A stretch of DNA of 33,007 nucleotides, from the NCBI GenBank assembly GCA_043228905.1, contig JBHGNT010000342.1, positions 1 to 33,007 on the forward strand, read 5' to 3'. This stretch comes from Azolla caroliniana (taxonomy: Eukaryota; Plantae; Polypodiophyta). The translations under genes were made by a program, and so were the position numbers. The notes under the pieces are model-generated. The model did no database searches. It was not told the origin of the DNA and was given only the letters and a program-made list of their open reading frames with translations. Positions 9,742 through 18,943 of the stretch are shown here, piece by piece (the stretch's first letter is position 1; each line of letters opens with the position of its first letter).

Positions 9742-9988
9742 TATCGACTATGTTGAGACTCTGCTCTTGTGGTGATCAACTCTTGTAGCGAGCACGCAAG
9801 TACTAGGTACGACTCAATGCCACGACGGTGGTATGAGATGCCGATCAAGGCTCGAGTCCGTCTCGATCCCTTCGCTCGGGGTAGTCGGGTGGATCAACAC
9901 CCTTCATTCTCTTTCTCCTCTCTCCTCTATCTATCTATTATTTCCTTATCTTTTGCTTACATTAGGATTAAGATCTAACAGTACAACA
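9742..9988 (+). repeat. Probable degenerate 3' LTR of old chromovirus E
   Basis: Lies directly after the PPT. Ends TATCGAC...TACAACA look like mutated TG...CA. Copia D LTR sequence resumes at about 9989. Confidence 0.6.
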
Positions 9989-10226
9989 TTTTGTGTTTTT
10001 CTGTTTCCATTTTCTATTGTTTCTATCCACCCAATTGGGTGAAGATTGTATCCAAGGTTGCTGGCTTGAGGCATATACATTCCTCTAGTCAAAACCTAGA
10101 GAGGTTTTATTCGGTTGTACTCATAAAGATAGTGAATTTGTTTCGAACCCTAAAAGGGTTCCATGGCTTTTCCCAATTTGGGTTTTCCACGTTAAAATTT
10201 GGTGTACTCTAATTTTTGTTTCCATT

Positions 10227-10646
10227 TGTAAAAGATTGCTTGCGGAAGCGTTAGAAAGAACAATACACAAAGAGAGACAGAGAGAGTACGCGGGAGAGAC
10301 AGAGAGCAGGACACACTATTTTTCAAAGTTATATGAATACTCTGTGCTCTCTATATCTACAACGCGCTCATCAGCGCTATTTATACAAGTCCACATGGGA
10401 CTGTTAGAAGTACGGTGTACTTCAATGCTCACACGAGCATCTGACACTAACTACGAGACTATAACCGCCTAGTAGTCTAACCTATACTAGGCTTCCGGTT
10501 ACGGATTGGATCCGGCATACCAGCTCCCCAGCTCACCGGTCCTTACTGCTTACTGGCTCGGTTGCTCACCGGCATACCGATTCATCTCGCTTACGGGCTC
10601 AGGCTTATTCAGCCGATCCGGTTCCGGTTGAGCTTGCCGCTCAACA
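10227..10646 (-). repeat. 3' LTR of Copia C
   Basis: Direct repeat of 24488-24909; TG...CA ends. Confidence 0.95.
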
Positions 10647-10939
10647 CTCCCCCTCAAGCTCAACCTGAGGTAGGGTCGTAGTGTCAACCTCTGTGGCAGC
10701 CGGTTCTTCCAACCGACTTCTCCTGGTGTCGCTTTGCCTTGCTCGCGCTCCTTGTCCGGTCCGGTCCTGTTTGCCGCAACTCCTCGACCTTTGGCATGTC
10801 TGCTCAATAGGCCCATCTCAGCTCCTTCGCTGATATGACTCCGGCGCTTGCCGATCCGTCGGTTCCTCCGCGATGGCGTCGATTTCTGCTGCGTCCGTGT
10901 CTCCTTGGCCTCTCGTTGATCCGACTCATCCGGATCCGT

Positions 10940-12963
10940 CTATTGATCTGAATCGGTTGTCTCCGACTCGTTCCAGCTCTTGTCCGAATTGGTATCCTCC
11001 GATTCGATTTTCGGCTTCAAGCCTCTTACCACATCGGACCATGTCCGGGTCTTGGCCTTCTCCGTGCTTCCCTTGGCTTCTTCAGCCGGTTCACCGAAGT
11101 CGAATTCTTCATTCGAATCCGCATCATGGCCATTACGATCATGATGACCTCCGCATACCATGCACTTCTCTTCCTGAGTGTACACTTCTTCTTCACAACC
11201 ACTCACTCCGACCTGTTCGGATGTGCCGACTTCCTTTGTCGACTCGGCTTCATTTTTCTTCTTGTCTTCACCTCTACCGGTTCTTCTCTTACCTACGGGT
11301 TCAACAGTTTTTTTGCCTTTGCCCGTTTCGGTAGTGTCTTTGCCCTTGCGTCTCCCCCTCAAGTGCGGCACGTCGAGATGTTGAACACCAAGCATTTCGG
11401 TAAAGTGCTGCAACTTGTCCGACCCAAGCGGCTTGGTGAAGATGTCGACAACTTGTCGATCCATGTGAACATATCGTAGTTCAACTTCACTGCTCAGGAC
11501 CCGCTCACGCACGAAGTGATAATGCACTATCTATGTGCTTTGTGCGAGCATGGAACATAGGGTTCTTGGCGAGCTGCATGCTACTGAGGTTATCGCAGTA
11601 GATCAAGATTGGGGTCGGTACCTCGATCCGCAGGTCTTGCAGTAGTCGCCGAAGCCAAATGGCTTCGCAGGTGGCAACGGTCGCTCCCCGGTATTTAGCC
11701 TCAGTGCTGGATAGAGCCACTGTTGGCTGCTTTTTGCTGCTCCACGCAACAGCCGCGCTTCCAAGAGAAAACATAAAGCCGGAAGTTGAGCGAGGATCCG
11801 TTGCATCGCTAGCCCAGTCGGCATCCATGTAGCCAACAAGCTCTTCAGTTATACCTTGCCGGTATAAGAGCCCCCGGTCCTTAGTGCCGCTTACATACCT
11901 CAGTATTCGTTGCGCGCACTGAAGGTGCTCCATGGTCGGCTTCTGCATGAATTGGCTTACCACTCCGACCGGATAGCTAATGTCGGATCGGGTGATGGTC
12001 AAGAAGATCAGGCTTCCGACTATTTCTCGAAACCTTTTCTCATCGCAGGCTGATCCGGAGTTGGGACGGATCTTCTGATTCCGGTCCAAGGGTGTGGAGA
12101 CAAGTCGGCATTCCGTCATGCCGAACTTGTACAGTATATTCAACACATAATGGCGTTGAGAAAGCAATATGTTGTCGGGGGTGCGGATCACCTCGATCCC
12201 CAAAAAATAATGAAGGTCCCCCAAGTCCTTCCTATCGAATGCGTCCGACAACTGGGACTTGACGCGGTTGATTTCCGGAAGACCTGGGCCGGTGATGACT
12301 AAATCATCAACATAAAGTAAGATACATACCAGACCGTTTGAGCCTTGACAGATGAACAGGGAAGAGTCCGACTTAGATGCAACAAACCCCATCTTTCACA
12401 ACTGGTGCGTGATCTTAGCATTCCAAGCACGGGGGGCTTGCTTCAAGCCATACAACGACTTCCTCAGCCGGCATATCGCCGACTTGTTCACCTCCAACTG
12501 AAATCCGGGGGGATGAGTCATAAAGACTTCTTCTTCAAGATCTCCTTGAAGGAAGGCATTCTTCACATCCATCTGATGAAGATGCCACCCCCTTGCCGCA
12601 GCAACCACCAGTACCACACGAACCGTCGTCATCTTCGCTACAGGAGCGAAGGTCTCGTCGTAGTCGATTCCGTGGGTCTACGCATATCCCTTCGCCACTA
12701 ACCGGGCCTTGTACTGGTTAACTGTACCGTCGGCATTGTACTTTACCTTGTACAACCACTTGCATCCGATCGGTTTACAGTGACGGGGAGGGTCAACCAG
12801 GTCCCAAGTTCCGTTGGCATCCAGTGCCCGCATTTCTTCCTCCATAGCGGCATGCCAATTTGCGTCCTTTGCCACTTCTGCATAGCTCTCCGGCTCACGC
12901 ACTTCCGCGACCTTAGTCATGTACGCATAATGATGTGCCATGTACTCGTTATACCCATACCGT
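10940..12963 (-). pseudogene. Copia C RT/RNase H with extended charged C-terminal tail
   Basis: [37 protein letters not shown] motifs. Stops near 12678 and 12396; frameshift near 11527. Confidence 0.92.
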
Positions 12964-13279
12964 TGTCGTGATGTGGCATGTCTAGTGCGAGAAAAACTCA
13001 AAAATTGAGGATCCACACACATTTCACGAATACTTGTAAAAATGAAAATAAATAAACCTAGGTCACAATGGCATTGTCAAAGTGCATGTAGAGGGTTGCA
13101 AGTAAGATTTTAACCTTGCACCTCTAAGGTAAGAGGCAATTACCTTACCACTAAAGCTACTACTGAGTGTTGTAGATGTTCTATATTTCTTTCTCATATT
13201 CAGTATTCCGTAGGAAACAAACGAACAAAACCGTGTACACAAAACCACGGTTTTAAGCCCATGGTTTCCTGCATGTCAC
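12964..13279 (+). repeat. Truncated 5' LTR-A (316 bp)
   Basis: Matches 21068-21383 with 5 substitutions, then joins directly to late gag sequence. Confidence 0.93.
13093..13172 (-). promoter_or_regulatory. tRNA-like cassette in 5' LTR-A
   Basis: A-box TAGCTTTAGTGG; mutated B-box GGTTAAAATCT at 13115-13105. Confidence 0.6.
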
Positions 13280-13373
13280 TGATGCGGAGACGAGTCGACC
13301 TTTACAAACGGAGGAACGAGAATCAAGCCGAAAAGGGGAGCCGAGCATACGAGTTGAAGAAACGGTTCGGCCC

Positions 13374-14150
13374 GTGAAGGTTGGTGTCGAAGACCCCGCT
13401 CGGAGGACAAGGACCATACCTACCTATAAGCTAAGGTCGGACATAGAGCAGACGACGGACCTAAAGAAGATTCTCGAAGAACGAGTTCTTGATAGCCATG
13501 TAACTTTGTCCTTGAGGGAATTGCTTGGCATTACGAAGAAGGAGTTCCATGACACGATCGTGGACCTTGTAAAGAGAAAGAGACAACAATCGGACGAGGA
13601 AGAAGAGAAGCCGCAGAAAGCAAAAACGAATGCCATAACGATGGCAAGAGACGAAATCGATGAAGATATGGTGGACAGCCACTACACTCGACCTCATTGG
13701 GCACGAGCGACAACGGAGACGCCAGTGAAGATCGGGGAGAAGAAAGAGACCGTCGTAGCCTTGATCGACCACGGCTCGGAGATCAACCTCATGTCAACCG
13801 ACTTCTACAAAAAGGGAAGATGGCCAATCAATACAAACCACGGATGGAAGATTCGCGCGGCAACAAAGTCTACGGAGGACTTGTACGGAGCTTGTCCCAA
13901 TGTCAAAGTCACGATCGGGGATGTGGAGATGGATCAACACTTCTTCGTACAAGAATCGGCGTCGCATCCTGTCATCCTAGGGCAACCTTATATCACATCA
14001 TCTTGGATGGAGACCAAAGTGTTCGATAATGGAGCAGCCTTCGCACGAATAAAGAGTCTTGACAACCAAAGATCGGTCCAATTCCTAACAGTGCGAGCCA
14101 ATCATGAAAGGAATCGAGATAGTCTCGGAGGCGAATCCTCGGATTTTTAG
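13374..14150 (+). CDS. C-terminal part of Gag-protease ORF, 5' truncated
   Basis: Aspartic protease motifs ALIDHGSEIN and VILGQPY; stop TAG at 14148-14150. Confidence 0.85.
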   Translation: MKVGVEDPARRTRTIPTYKLRSDIEQTTDLKKILEERVLDSHVTLSLRELLGITKKEFHDTIVDLVKRKRQQSDEEEEKPQKAKTNAITMARDEIDEDMVDSHYTRPHWARATTETPVKIGEKKETVVALIDHGSEINLMSTDFYKKGRWPINTNHGWKIRAATKSTEDLYGACPNVKVTIGDVEMDQHFFVQESASHPVILGQPYITSSWMETKVFDNGAAFARIKSLDNQRSVQFLTVRANHERNRDSLGGESSDF

Positions 14151-14203
14151 AGCGGACTATTGAAGCATGGGGCACAAATAGTCCGAGCAATCACAAGACC
14201 CCA
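14141..14203 (+). promoter_or_regulatory. -1 frameshift signal (G GAU UUU plus pseudoknot) between protease and RT
   Basis: GGATTTT at 14141-14147; stem CGGACTATT (14153-14161) / AATAGTCCG (14177-14185); loop TGGGG (14168-14172) complementary to CCCCA (14199-14203). The -1 frame is open into RT. Confidence 0.8.
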
Positions 14204-17200
14204 CAAGAAAGAAGAGCGCGTGGATTGCAAGGAGAAGCAATATGTGTCACACCTAGTGGCGCATGTAAACTTGTACTACCCGACAAGAAGCACAAGCACC
14301 GGATACAAGAATTCGAGAAGATGCTGAAAGAAGAGAACATAATAGAAGAAGGAGAGTTTGTGACTCATATTATGGAAGAAGCCTCATTTAACGACACCAT
14401 CGGCGAAATCGAGGACGTCGTGGACTTGAGCTATCTTCACAACCATCGCGTGATTTCGGTTAACTCCGTCAACATGTACGCTATCATCGATGAATACCGT
14501 CGTGGCATCTCGATGAAGGAAGCTGACATCAACACGAAATATAAAACGGTGGATAAGAAGATCAAGCCAGTTGCGGTTCCGCTACCGGACGATAGCTGGC
14601 AAAAGATGAAGGAAGTCGCTAACGATCCAAGCTTAAGAGATCCGAAGAAGATAGGTCATGACTTCACCAAAGAGACGAAGGGGAAGCTACGAGTTGGAAA
14701 GGAGGATTTCCTTCTCCCTGAAGAGGAGCGAATGTTTCGCGACATGCTTGAGAGACATGGGAAGGCTTTCGCATTCTTCCCACGAGAAATCGGATGCGCC
14801 GACCCAAAGGTTATAGAGCCAATGGTGATCTTCACGGTGCCTCATGTGCCTTGGAATTTGAAACCGATACCGGTTCCGAGAGCACACCTTCCGAAGCTGA
14901 TCGAGCTCTTAAAGGAGAAGGTGAGTATGGGAATTCTAGAACCGTCGAATGCTCCTTATTCCAATAGGTGGTTCACGGTGCCGAAAAAGAATGGATCATT
15001 GCGATTCATCCAAGATCTTCAACCCGTCAACAAGGTGACAATTCGAAATGCCGGAATCGGTCCGAGCGTGGACGAATTTGCCGAAGCGTTTGCGGGCCGG
15101 TCCATCTACTCCATTGGCGATCTCTACTCCGGATATGACCAATTCCAGTTGGCGATCGACAGTCGGGACATTACAACCATGAGGACTCCGATCGGGCTTG
15201 TGCGGATGTGTACCTTACCCCAAGGCGCAACGAACTCGGTGGCTCATATGGTGAATGCCATGAATAAAGTCTTGAAGGATTGCATTCCGGACATCACGAT
15301 GCCATTCTTGGATGATATTCCGATAAAAGGATGTTCGGATGAGGAGAAAGATGAATCGAAAGATAAGGAAGGTTGTAGAAAGTTCGTTGCGGATCATATG
15401 AAAGATTGCGAGAAGGTGCTTCAAAGGCTCAAAGATGCGAATTTGACATTTTCGGGAGAAAAATCCGCATTCGGGCAACCGGAGATCTTGGTGGTAGGTC
15501 ACTTGTGTGGAGCATACGGCCGGAAGCCCTCGCCATCCAAAGTGAACGCAATCCAAGACATGAAAGAAGAATGCGAAAACCAAACGGAGGTTCGAAGGTT
15601 CCTTGGAGCGTGCGCGTTTTATCATATATGGATTCCTCACTACGCTCATGTCGCTGAACCGTTATATGGACTACTAAAGAAAAGAATAAAGTTCGAATGG
15701 CGAGACGAGCACACAGAGGCGATGCGAAGATTAAAGAAACTGCTTCTTGAAGCTCCGGCACTAAGGAAGGCCGACTATGCCGAAGGGAAACCAATTTACA
15801 TGACCGTAGATACGAGCCCAACCGGAATCGGGTGGGTCATCAATCAAGAAGGTGAAGATAATGCGCGATATGCCATCCGGTTCGGAGCAAAGGTTCTCAG
15901 CGAACGGCAACAAAGATATGCCCAAGTCAAGCGGGAACTTTGGGGTATTGTGTCGGCAGTGAAGACGGACAAAGATTACCTGATCGGGTCAGAAGTGATA
16001 ATAGAGACAGATTGTCTCCCAATTCTCGGAATGGTCTCGGGATGTGCGACCCCAGATCTTGCTATGCTAAGGTGGATCGCCTACATCAAGTCTTTAAACC
16101 CAGAGATCCGTCACATTGCAGGGAAGAAGAACGCCATGGCTGACATGCTGTCGAGGGCAAGATTTTCAAACGGAAGTAACATGGTTTCGGAAGATGAAGA
16201 TGTCGCCCTCGACTTCTTCAAGATGGCTCGATTGTCGGCGGAAGACCAGGACACGCAACCCCTCCACGCCTTCAACGAGAACGAGTACGAAGGAGAGTGG
16301 TTACTCATCGGTAGATTCCTAAGAACATTGATGACAGATGCCTCGTTGACAAAGGAGGAGGCCCTACGAATCCGAAAGAAAGCTTACCAATACTTCTTGA
16401 AGGGAGGATTCCTTTGGCGACATCCAAAAAGAAGGACAGGAATACCACGACGAGTGGTGGTAAAGAAAGAAGAGCAAGAGACACTGATGACCGAATTCCA
16501 CGAGAGTGCTTGGGCAGGTCATAGAGGAACATGGGCGACGTTCGAAAAGTTGAAGGAGAAGTACTGGTGGCCAAGCATGTACAAAGATGTACTTCATTTC
16601 GTGTCCACATGCGAAACTTGCCAAGTATATTCAAATATACGTCATCGTGATGAGTTAAAGCCGACATACCCACTCACCATACACTTCAAATGGTGGATCT
16701 GGTCTCGATGCCAATGGGAGTGGGACAAATGAAGTACCTAGCGCTAGCAAGGGAAGACTTGACAAATCAAGTGGAAGGACAAGCCTTGACAAACAAGACG
16801 ACTTCAGCCATTTGCAAATTTCTACTTGAAGATGTTGTTTGCCGATATGGATGTGTAGGGAAGATAGTGGCCGACCGAGGGGAGTTGGACGCGCACGAAG
16901 CGACGGAGCTCTTCGAAAGACTAGGTGTGAAGCTCTCCCTCACAACTACCTACAATCCGGAAGCAAATGGGAAGATCGAGCGAGGGCATGGACCTATCGT
17001 TAAAGCCATCGTACGGGCATGCAACGGTCGAGTCGGGAATTGGCCACGACTATTACCCTATGCCTTGTGGGCCGATAGAACGACACATAGCTCGGTGACA
17101 GGGTATATGCCGACGGAGCTTATGTATGGACAAAAGCCGATTATGCCCATCGAAAGGACGATCGCCTCATGGGTAGCGATACCGTGGGAGAACGAGATGA

Positions 17201-17631
17201 GACGAGAAGAGTTATTAGCGGCGCAGATAAGGCAACTTGAAAGAAGACCTGAAGATTTAGAAAAAGCACGAAAGATGATGAAGGCAGCCCGAGTAAAGAA
17301 CAAAGTTCGGTTCGACAACACGCATCGACTTCGTCCCAAGAAGATTGAAGAAGGGGATTGGGTTTTGGTCTACGACAGCACCCTTGACAACCAACATAGT
17401 ACAACAAGGAAGTTCGCAAGAAGGTGGTTCGGGCCGTATGTGGTGACAAGTGCCAACGATAATGCCACATACCACCTTGCGGAACTAGACGGATCAAGGT
17501 TGACCGTACCCATTGCGGGAAAAAGAGTAAAGCTTTTCAAGAAAAGACAAGACAAGGATCTTGACCTCGATTACCTCGACGATGAACATAATAGGCCGGA
17601 TGAAAATGAAGACATGGAGGAATCTAATTGA
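14141..17631 (+). pseudogene. Pol RT-RNase H-integrase with one frameshift near 16690; no chromodomain
   Basis: DLYSGYDQ, LPQG, PFLDD, VDTS, ADMLSR, HHCC, DRG, NGKIER and GPY motifs across ORFs 14225-16732 and 16690-17631. Confidence 0.92.
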
Positions 17632-18099
17632 TCATCGTAGCCGAAATCTCACTTCTTCTCTTCTTGGCACGTACCGGAGGACGTGCGGTTTGGTGGGGGT
17701 GGATGTCGTGAAGATTTTCGGCAATAGTGTGAAAATCCCATAAAACGTACAAAATCGAGTATGAATCATGTAATACAATAATTGTGAAGATAACATTTTT
17801 AATATCTAAGTACAAAATGATGGAGGTTTCGAATGCACTTTATTACACGAGAAATGGACAACTAAATGTCAAGATATGAGGGTATAAAGTTGTGAAAAGA
17901 AAAGAGAAAATTGTGAGATATCCCACATAGGCACGACAAATACAGCTCTCATCATATATAAGGTGGAGCAAAAGATATTATCTTTGTGTCTATGTGTGGA
18001 GCATAGAGAGTTCAAGGTAACTTGAACTTAGAGTGGAGGTGGCGAGCTACTCGAAAAGGGTTTTGGCCAACCAAAACCGGACCGGCAATGGAGCCGGTG

Positions 18100-18225
18100 A
18101 TCCGACGGCATCCGATCGGTATCCGGCGTCGGCATCGGTATCCGGCGGCACCATCCGGCGTCGGCGTCGGCATCCGGCGGCGGCACCGGTATCCGGCGAC
18201 GGCATCCGGCGACGGTATCCGGCGA
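18100..18225. repeat. GC-rich degenerate tandem repeat (ATCCGGCG core) in LTR-B
   Basis: Repeated ATCCGGCG(T/A/G)CGG(C/T) units embedded in AT-rich U3. Confidence 0.85.
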
Positions 18226-18280
18226 ACCAACGACTAGATAAAATAAATATATAAAAATATATACATATTTACATATACAA

Positions 18281-18360
18281 GGAGGGCAAGTATGGATTCG
18301 AACCTTGCACCTCCAAGTTAGGAGTCAAATGGCTTACTATTAAGCCATAGTATTTAGTTG
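18281..18360 (-). promoter_or_regulatory. tRNA-like A-box/B-box cassette in LTR-B, antisense to the element
   Basis: TGGCTTAATAGTAAGCC (D-stem GGCTT/AAGCC) at 18347-18331; anticodon-loop-like CTCCTAA; consensus B-box GGTTCGAATCC at 18304-18294; CAA at -6..-4; T5 run at 18257-18253. Confidence 0.72.
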
Positions 18361-18755
18361 AAATTATATTTCTATCATTGTACTTTTACATGTAAATTCT
18401 CATCCTTGAGTGCTAAAATGAGTGACATGGTTAGCATGCACCACATGTAATACTTAAGCGCCAAATGGCAAACATGCAATTTATGCATGTCTTGTACCCT
18501 CACATGCATCATGTGCATGAGAGCATCTATAAAAGAGGGAAGGGGGAGGAGAAAAACACGGTTTTTTTTATGAAAATTAAGAAGAAGAAATTCGTTATGA
18601 AATCAATCGTGTAATCTCATCTTCTTTCTTTCCCAATCTATCTTAAGTACTTTCTCGCCAAAGCTTGTATCGACTCTAAATCCTTCTGGTCCAGAACCCC
18701 GGCGGTTCCGCCTCACGATCCGCGCGTAGTGACGGATCTTCACGACATAATTAAG

Positions 18756-18772
18756 TGGTGAACCCGACGTGA
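18756..18772 (+). promoter_or_regulatory. PBS complementary to tRNA-Trp
   Basis: TGGTGAACCCGACGTGA is the reverse complement of the plant cytosolic tRNA-Trp 3' end (TCACGTCGGGTTCACCA, recalled from memory). Confidence 0.85.
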
Positions 18773-18943
18773 AGAGCGGTAGGGGAGGATGAAGTTGGAC
18801 GAGGAATATCTAATGAAGGCAATGTCAAAGATGATGATGGAGTTTTCAAGAGAAGGAAAAACACAACATGCAGCCCAACAAGCCGTCGAAAGCATGATCA
18901 AGGAGGCAAAGTCCAAAAATTTCTAAAGGCCTACAATGCCGAA

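Larger units (their letters stand above)
1588..9988 (+). mobile_element. Old decayed chromovirus E (Tcn1/Tf1-sushi-like), split by later insertions
   Basis: RNase H fragment 1588-2185; integrase 7931-8469 and 8970-9500 (SISMDLI, YHPQTDGQTER, GPF motif); chromodomain ~9525-9690 (EEYKVDQILD...WKG...TWEP); PPT AGAGGGGGG 9727-9735. Many stops and frameshifts. Confidence 0.88.
17704..18747 (+). repeat. Internal LTR-B (1044 bp)
   Basis: TGTCGTGAAGAT...ATCTTCACGACA perfect 12-bp inverted termini; PPT GGTGGGGGTGGA upstream; PBS downstream. Confidence 0.92.

Noticed and set aside
9751-9760. TGTTGAG as the start of the Copia D 5' LTR
   Set aside because: No similarity to the start of the 3' LTR beyond TGTTG, and no TSD match (GACTA versus ATATG). 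The segment fits better as the chromovirus E LTR.
9785-9807. 5S rRNA-like (Cassandra-type) motif AGTACTAGG
   Set aside because: Only a 9-nt match, with no C-box continuation.
10140-10150. B-box-like GTTTCGAACCC in the Copia D LTR (also near 29963)
   Set aside because: It has a mismatch and no A-box at tRNA spacing.
16685-16735. Programmed frameshift within integrase
   Set aside because: No slippery site or stem. It looks like a small deletion in a TGG repeat.
18012-18254. Arg/Pro-rich ORFs, or a CRISPR-like array
   Set aside because: Products of a GC-rich tandem repeat with no unique spacers, in a eukaryotic context.
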